From: Candidatus Baldrarchaeota archaeon
GTDB taxonomy: Archaea; Asgardarchaeota; Baldrarchaeia; Baldrarchaeales; DXJG01
DNA length: 32,000 nucleotides
Assembly (NCBI GenBank): GCA_016840485.1
Contig: JAEOSG010000007.1
Coordinates: 885-32,884 of the forward strand
Reading direction: 5' to 3'
Both the position numbers and the translations under genes were made by a program. The stretch's first letter is position 1. Each line of letters opens with the position of its first letter. Below the pieces are notes generated by a model. The model searched no databases and had not been told where the DNA came from. It saw only the letters and a program-made list of their open reading frames with translations. Positions 28,645-32,000 of this stretch are shown here, one piece after another.

Positions 28645-28888
28645 GTGATAATTCCGGTCCGATACTGACATTGCACTCAAGTTTTTGAGTGCAATGTCGG
28701 CGGAAAGCTTTACTTGTGGAAAATTAATTGGTGATAAATGGGAAGAATTTGCAAGACGTGTAAGGCAAGGTGAGGATCCAAAACAAGTGCTGGACGATCT
28801 AGGTATTAAACGGTATTGTTGTAGAAGAATGTTTCTTAGCCATGTGGATCTGATAGATGAGATCTTAGATTTTAGTCTACCAACATAA
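28645..28888 (+). CDS. rpoN: DNA-directed RNA polymerase subunit N (Rpo10), a split gene: exon 1 28645..28663, exon 2 28707..28888
   Basis: Exon 1 is GTG ATA ATT CCG GTC CGA T, encoding MIIPVR plus the first base of the Cys codon; the GAGGTG Shine-Dalgarno is at 28632-37. Exon 2 begins GC TTT ACT TGT GGA AAA. Joined, they give [66 protein letters not shown] (66 aa). This matches canonical RpoN end to end, including Zn ligands C7, C10, C44 and C45. Left unspliced, exon 1 terminates at TGA 28666-68. Confidence 0.85.
28664..28706 (+). other. 43-nt bulge-helix-bulge (BHB) intron inside the rpoN coding sequence
   Basis: Sequence: ACTGACATTGCACTCAAGTTTTTGAGTGCAATGTCGGCGGAAA.
- Inner helix 28665-80 / 28685-700: C-G, U.G, then a perfect 14 bp, with a GUUU loop.
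- 5'-strand bulge A62 U63 A64.
- Central 4-bp helix U58 C59 C60 G61 : C01 G02 G03 A04.
- 3'-strand bulge A05 A06 G07.
- Outer helix G57-C08, G56.U09.
The length is not a multiple of 3, and the insertion contains an in-frame stop. Confidence 0.8.
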
Positions 28889-28964
28889 AATACGAAAACT
28901 TTTTATTACAAAAATCGATCCTTTTCGCACCTCACATATACAATTATTTGAATGGAGGGTTCAA

Positions 28965-29588
28965 ATGAGCGAAGAAGTCATCGAAGGTTTGCTAATCCCA
29001 TTGGAACAATATCTAGCAGCAGGCGTTCATATTGGAACCAGAATTAAAACAAAATCGATGGCTGATTTTGTATATCGGGTAAGACCTGACGGTCTCTATG
29101 TTTTGGATGTTAGAAAAACAGATGAAAGAATCAGAATTGCAGCAAAAATGTTGGCAAGATATGAACCACAGAAAATTCTTGTCACATCAGCTAGACAATA
29201 CGGGCAAAAACCCGCTAAAAAATTTGCTGAACTCACTGGAACTCATGTTATAGTAGGCAGATTCGTACCCGGAACATTAACAAATCCCGCATACCCAGGA
29301 TACATAGAGCCGGATATACTTTTGGTTACTGACCCTAGAGCAGATAGACAAGCAGTTAGTGAAGCAATGGAAGCTAGAATACCAGTAATAGCTCTCTGCG
29401 ATACAGATAACATTACTGCAAACGTAGATTTAGTTATACCAACAAATAACAAAGGACGCAAGGCACTAGCTCTTATATACTGGTTACTTGCACGTCAAGT
29501 CTTAAGAGAGAGAGGAGAATTGCCTCCAGATGGTGATTTACCCGTACCCGTTGAGGAGTTTGAAACAAAGATAATCCTCAAAGCTTAA
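28965..29588 (+). CDS. rps2: Ribosomal protein uS2
   Basis: 207 aa. [10 protein letters not shown].......[50 protein letters not shown]......RF.PGTLTNP. Confidence 0.95.
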   Translation: MSEEVIEGLLIPLEQYLAAGVHIGTRIKTKSMADFVYRVRPDGLYVLDVRKTDERIRIAAKMLARYEPQKILVTSARQYGQKPAKKFAELTGTHVIVGRFVPGTLTNPAYPGYIEPDILLVTDPRADRQAVSEAMEARIPVIALCDTDNITANVDLVIPTNNKGRKALALIYWLLARQVLRERGELPPDGDLPVPVEEFETKIILKA

Positions 29589-29820
29589 TTTAAAACACTA
29601 GTATTAAGTAGCATTCACAAGTTTAGTTCGTTAAACTTCGAAAAATCATTACTGAGTAGAATTTTTCTAAGGATACATCGTGTCCTGTCTTCCGTTTTTA
29701 GTCTTTACAATTCGACTTTAAGTGCAATTTACTTTAACCAAGTTCTATTAAAATTTAAGTACTTGCACTACTAGCTTGAATACGTTACCCCGTTTTTACC
29801 CAAAACAGGGATGTGTAAAT

Positions 29821-30801
29821 ATGTCACGAAAAGTTGTAGCATCAGCCCCCGGTAAAGTCATACTTTACGGAGAACACAGTGTTGTGTATGGTGAGCCAGC
29901 CATAGCAATAGCCCTTTCAAAAAGAGCCTACGTAACAGTCTACCCTTCATCTTCATCGGCAATAGAGATCAATGCATTAGATTACGGGGTAAAAACGGAA
30001 TTTCCTCAGGAAAGAGCAAAAATAAACGTAGAACATGAAAAATTTAAAATACTGCAACCAATTTGGGAAGCATGTCTTCAAGTCTTAGAATATACAAGCA
30101 CTAAGCAAGGCTTGAAAATAATAGTGAAATCTCAAATCCCTAGGGAAGCAGGTCTCGGGTCTTCTGCAGCAGTAGCGGTATCAACGATTGCAGCCGTAGG
30201 CTCTCTGATTGAAGCTAATCTCACTCCTCAAATAATTTCAAAACTCGCATATGAAGCAGAAAAAATAGTTCATAAAACCCCAAGTGGTATAGATAATACA
30301 ATAGCTACATTTGGTGGCGCTGTTCTATTCCAAAAAGGAAACATAACGAAGATACAAATAGGAAAAAATCTACCACTAGTAATTGGAAATACCGGCGTAA
30401 AAAGGTCAACAAAACAGCTTGTATTAAAGGTAAAATCCCTTAAAGAGAAATATGAAGACATTGTAACACCAATAATTAAAAATATTGGTCTCATAATCCC
30501 TAAGGCATTGAAAGCACTGAATGAGGGGGACCTACCGACACTTGGAGAGTTGATGAACATTAATCAGGGACTACTAGACGCATTAGGGGTTTCAACGAAA
30601 GATATAGCCAAGCTAATTTACGCAGCAAGAAGTGCAGGAGCCTATGGAGCGAAGCTTACAGGTGCCGGAGGGGGAGGCTGTATTATAGCGTTAACACCAC
30701 CTGAAAAACAAAACAAAGTAGCAGAGGCAATAAAGAGAGAGGGCGGTGAGCCTATAATAACAGAAATCTCTTTAAAAGGGGTTAAAATTGAAGAAAAATG
30801 A
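29821..30801 (+). CDS. mvk: Mevalonate kinase
   Basis: I prefer the ATG at 29821 (MSRKVVASAPGKVILYGEHSVVYG) over the track's TTG at 29776. The GHMP motifs are PREAGLGSSAAVAVS and KLTGAGGGGC. Confidence 0.9.
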   Translation: MSRKVVASAPGKVILYGEHSVVYGEPAIAIALSKRAYVTVYPSSSSAIEINALDYGVKTEFPQERAKINVEHEKFKILQPIWEACLQVLEYTSTKQGLKIIVKSQIPREAGLGSSAAVAVSTIAAVGSLIEANLTPQIISKLAYEAEKIVHKTPSGIDNTIATFGGAVLFQKGNITKIQIGKNLPLVIGNTGVKRSTKQLVLKVKSLKEKYEDIVTPIIKNIGLIIPKALKALNEGDLPTLGELMNINQGLLDALGVSTKDIAKLIYAARSAGAYGAKLTGAGGGGCIIALTPPEKQNKVAEAIKREGGEPIITEISLKGVKIEEK

Positions 30802-31588
30802 ACTCATCATTTTAAAATTTGGCGGTAGTGTAATAACAGATAAAGAAAACCCTTTCACAGCAAGAATAGATGTGATAGACCAGCTGGCAAGGGAAATATC
30901 CGAATATAAAGGTAAGATGATAATTATACATGGAGGAGGATCTTTTGGGCATCCCATAGCTCACAAATACAAAATAAAAGAGGGTTATAGGGAAACTCAA
31001 CAACTTGTTGGCTTTGCAGAAACTCATCTTTCCATGCAAAAATTAAACACCATAATTCTACAAAAGCTAATAAAATATGGTGTTCCAGCAGTCCCTGTAC
31101 CCCCACTTTCAATAATATTTAGCGAAAACGGTATAATCAGAGAAATGAAATGCGATGTAATAGAAAAAATGATAAACATGGGTTTTGTTCCGGTTCTTCA
31201 TGGAGACACCACACTAGACGAAAAAATAGGATTCACAATTGTTTCAGGGGATCAGATAGCAGCTTACCTATCCATGAAGCTTAACGCAGCACGTTTAATT
31301 TTTGTTTTGGATGTAGATGGTCTATATACAAATGATCCCCGTAAATTTCCAAAAGCTAAATTAATAGAGGAAATAGATGTTCAAACTCTTAAAAAAATGG
31401 TTAACACATTTAAGGGTAAGAGAGGGGTAGATGTGACTGGGGGAATAGCTGAAAAAGTCAGATGGATAATATATGCAGCCGAAAGAGGAACACAAGTTAC
31501 CCTAATAAATGGCAATGTCGTTGGAAGGCTTAAAGGAATATTAAGGGGAGAAAAGGCGATCGGAACCTACATTTATAGCAAAATCTAA
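30788..31588 (+). CDS. ipk: Isopentenyl phosphate kinase (amino-acid-kinase fold)
   Basis: 266 aa with a TTG start; it overlaps mvk by 14 nt. ILKFGGSVITDK...IIIHGGGSFGHP...VPVLHGD...GF.IVSGDQI...L....LIF..DVDG.Y..DP. Confidence 0.85.
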   Translation: MKKNELIILKFGGSVITDKENPFTARIDVIDQLAREISEYKGKMIIIHGGGSFGHPIAHKYKIKEGYRETQQLVGFAETHLSMQKLNTIILQKLIKYGVPAVPVPPLSIIFSENGIIREMKCDVIEKMINMGFVPVLHGDTTLDEKIGFTIVSGDQIAAYLSMKLNAARLIFVLDVDGLYTNDPRKFPKAKLIEEIDVQTLKKMVNTFKGKRGVDVTGGIAEKVRWIIYAAERGTQVTLINGNVVGRLKGILRGEKAIGTYIYSKI

Positions 31589-31608
31589 AACAAAAGGTGG
31601 AAATATTC

Positions 31609-32000
31609 ATGAATAGTAACGTAATAAAGGAAAAAACACTCGTTACTAAGCGGAACGAGACAACAGAAGGAAGAAAAATCGAACATATTCTCATATGTTT
31701 GTCAAAAGATGTCGAAGCAAAAGAAAAAACTACGGGACTTAATGACATCGAATTCGTTCATGTCTCTCTTCCTGAAATAAACAAAACAGATGTAGATATT
31801 TCTATTAAGCTCCTAGGACATGAATTGTCGGCACCAATAGTCATTGCAGCCATGACAGGAGGGCATCCCGAAGCCGCTAAAATAAATGCAACACTTGCAG
31901 AAGCCGCTCAGAAATTAAACATAGCTATGGGAGTTGGAAGCCAAAGAGCCGCTCTAGAAGACCCTTCCCTAGAATATACATATTCCATAGCGCGAGAAAA
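31609..32000 (+). CDS. fni: Type 2 isopentenyl-diphosphate delta-isomerase (FMN-dependent), N-terminal part; runs off the window
   Basis: My own translation: MNSNVIKEKTLVTKRNETTEGRKIEHILICL...LNDIEFVHVSLPEINKTDVDISIKLLGHELSAPIVIAAMTGGHPEAAKINATLAEAAQKLNIAMGVGSQRAALEDP. An AAGGTGG Shine-Dalgarno lies upstream. It is not in the track because it is open at the window end. Confidence 0.85.
   Translation, partial: MNSNVIKEKTLVTKRNETTEGRKIEHILICLSKDVEAKEKTTGLNDIEFVHVSLPEINKTDVDISIKLLGHELSAPIVIAAMTGGHPEAAKINATLAEAAQKLNIAMGVGSQRAALEDPSLEYTYSIARE

Noticed and set aside
28685-28888. The track ORF for rpoN, starting at TTG 28685 ([13 protein letters not shown]...), taken as the real gene model.
   Set aside because: It lacks the conserved MxxPxRC N-terminus and one Zn-ligand Cys, and its first 8 codones lie inside the hairpin of the BHB element. 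The spliced model (28645..28663 + 28707..28888) reproduces canonical RpoN exactly.
29776-29820. N-terminal extension of mevalonate kinase from TTG 29776. Similar extensions exist for uS9 from TTG 28050 and Rpp29 from GTG 9840.
   Set aside because: The conserved N-termini begin at the internal ATGs (29821 MSRKVVASAPGK; 28068 MAKILL with a GGAGGAG Shine-Dalgarno). The extensions add non-conserved residues. I left the Rpp29 start as given, flagged as uncertain.
1-32000. CRISPR arrays, IS elements/transposases, toxin-antitoxin or other defence systems, rRNA genes.
   Set aside because: Reading the intergenic regions, I saw no spaced direct-repeat arrays, no terminal inverted repeats flanking ORFs, and no nuclease/integrase-like ORFs apart from the intein fragment. 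The only GC-rich structured island in an intergenic region is the tRNA.

Overview
AT-rich archaeal chromosome segment made up almost entirely of core information-processing genes. The ribosomal-protein set (eL14, eL34, eL18, eL32, eL19, eS4), the RNase P Rpp29 subunit and a multi-intron tRNA suggest a TACK-like lineage, but I cannot place it more precisely from sequence alone.

Gene content, left to right:
- The 5' part of an aCPSF1-type KH/beta-CASP ribonuclease on the minus strand, open at the window edge.
- UPF0179, a long FKBP, an overlapping Nip7-like/NOP2-Sun m5C methyltransferase pair, a metallophosphoesterase and a Fae-Hps fusion.
- An isolated uS19, two small membrane proteins and a PGI/PMI.
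- An inverted uL22-uS3-uL29-Rpp29 block.
- The long plus-strand run uS17-uL14-uL24-eS4-uL5-uS14-uS8-uL6-eL32-eL19-uL18-uS5-uL30-uL15-SecY-DUF106-eL34-Cmk-eL14-Cbf5-methyltransferase.
- tRNA-Ser(GGA) and a frameshifted secreted-protein gene.
- uS13-uS4-uS11-RpoD-eL18-uL13-uS9-RpoN-uS2, then the mevalonate genes mvk, ipk and a partial fni.

Main findings:
1. rpoN (RNA polymerase subunit N/Rpo10) is split by a 43-nt insertion that folds into a near-textbook bulge-helix-bulge (BHB) splicing motif. Cutting at the predicted sites restores the conserved N-terminus MIIPVRCFTCGK, including a zinc-ligand cysteine. This is a candidate pre-mRNA intron in a host gene for which I know of no precedent.
2. 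The aCPSF1 gene carries an intein immediately after the catalytic HNAGHILG motif.
3. tRNA-Ser(GGA) is 127 nt long and needs two insertions removed, one in the D-loop and one at 37/38.
4. The S10/spc ribosomal cluster is broken and partly inverted.

I saw no CRISPR arrays, IS elements or defence systems. All calls rest on my own reading of translations and hand-folded pairings. No database searches or folding programs were run.
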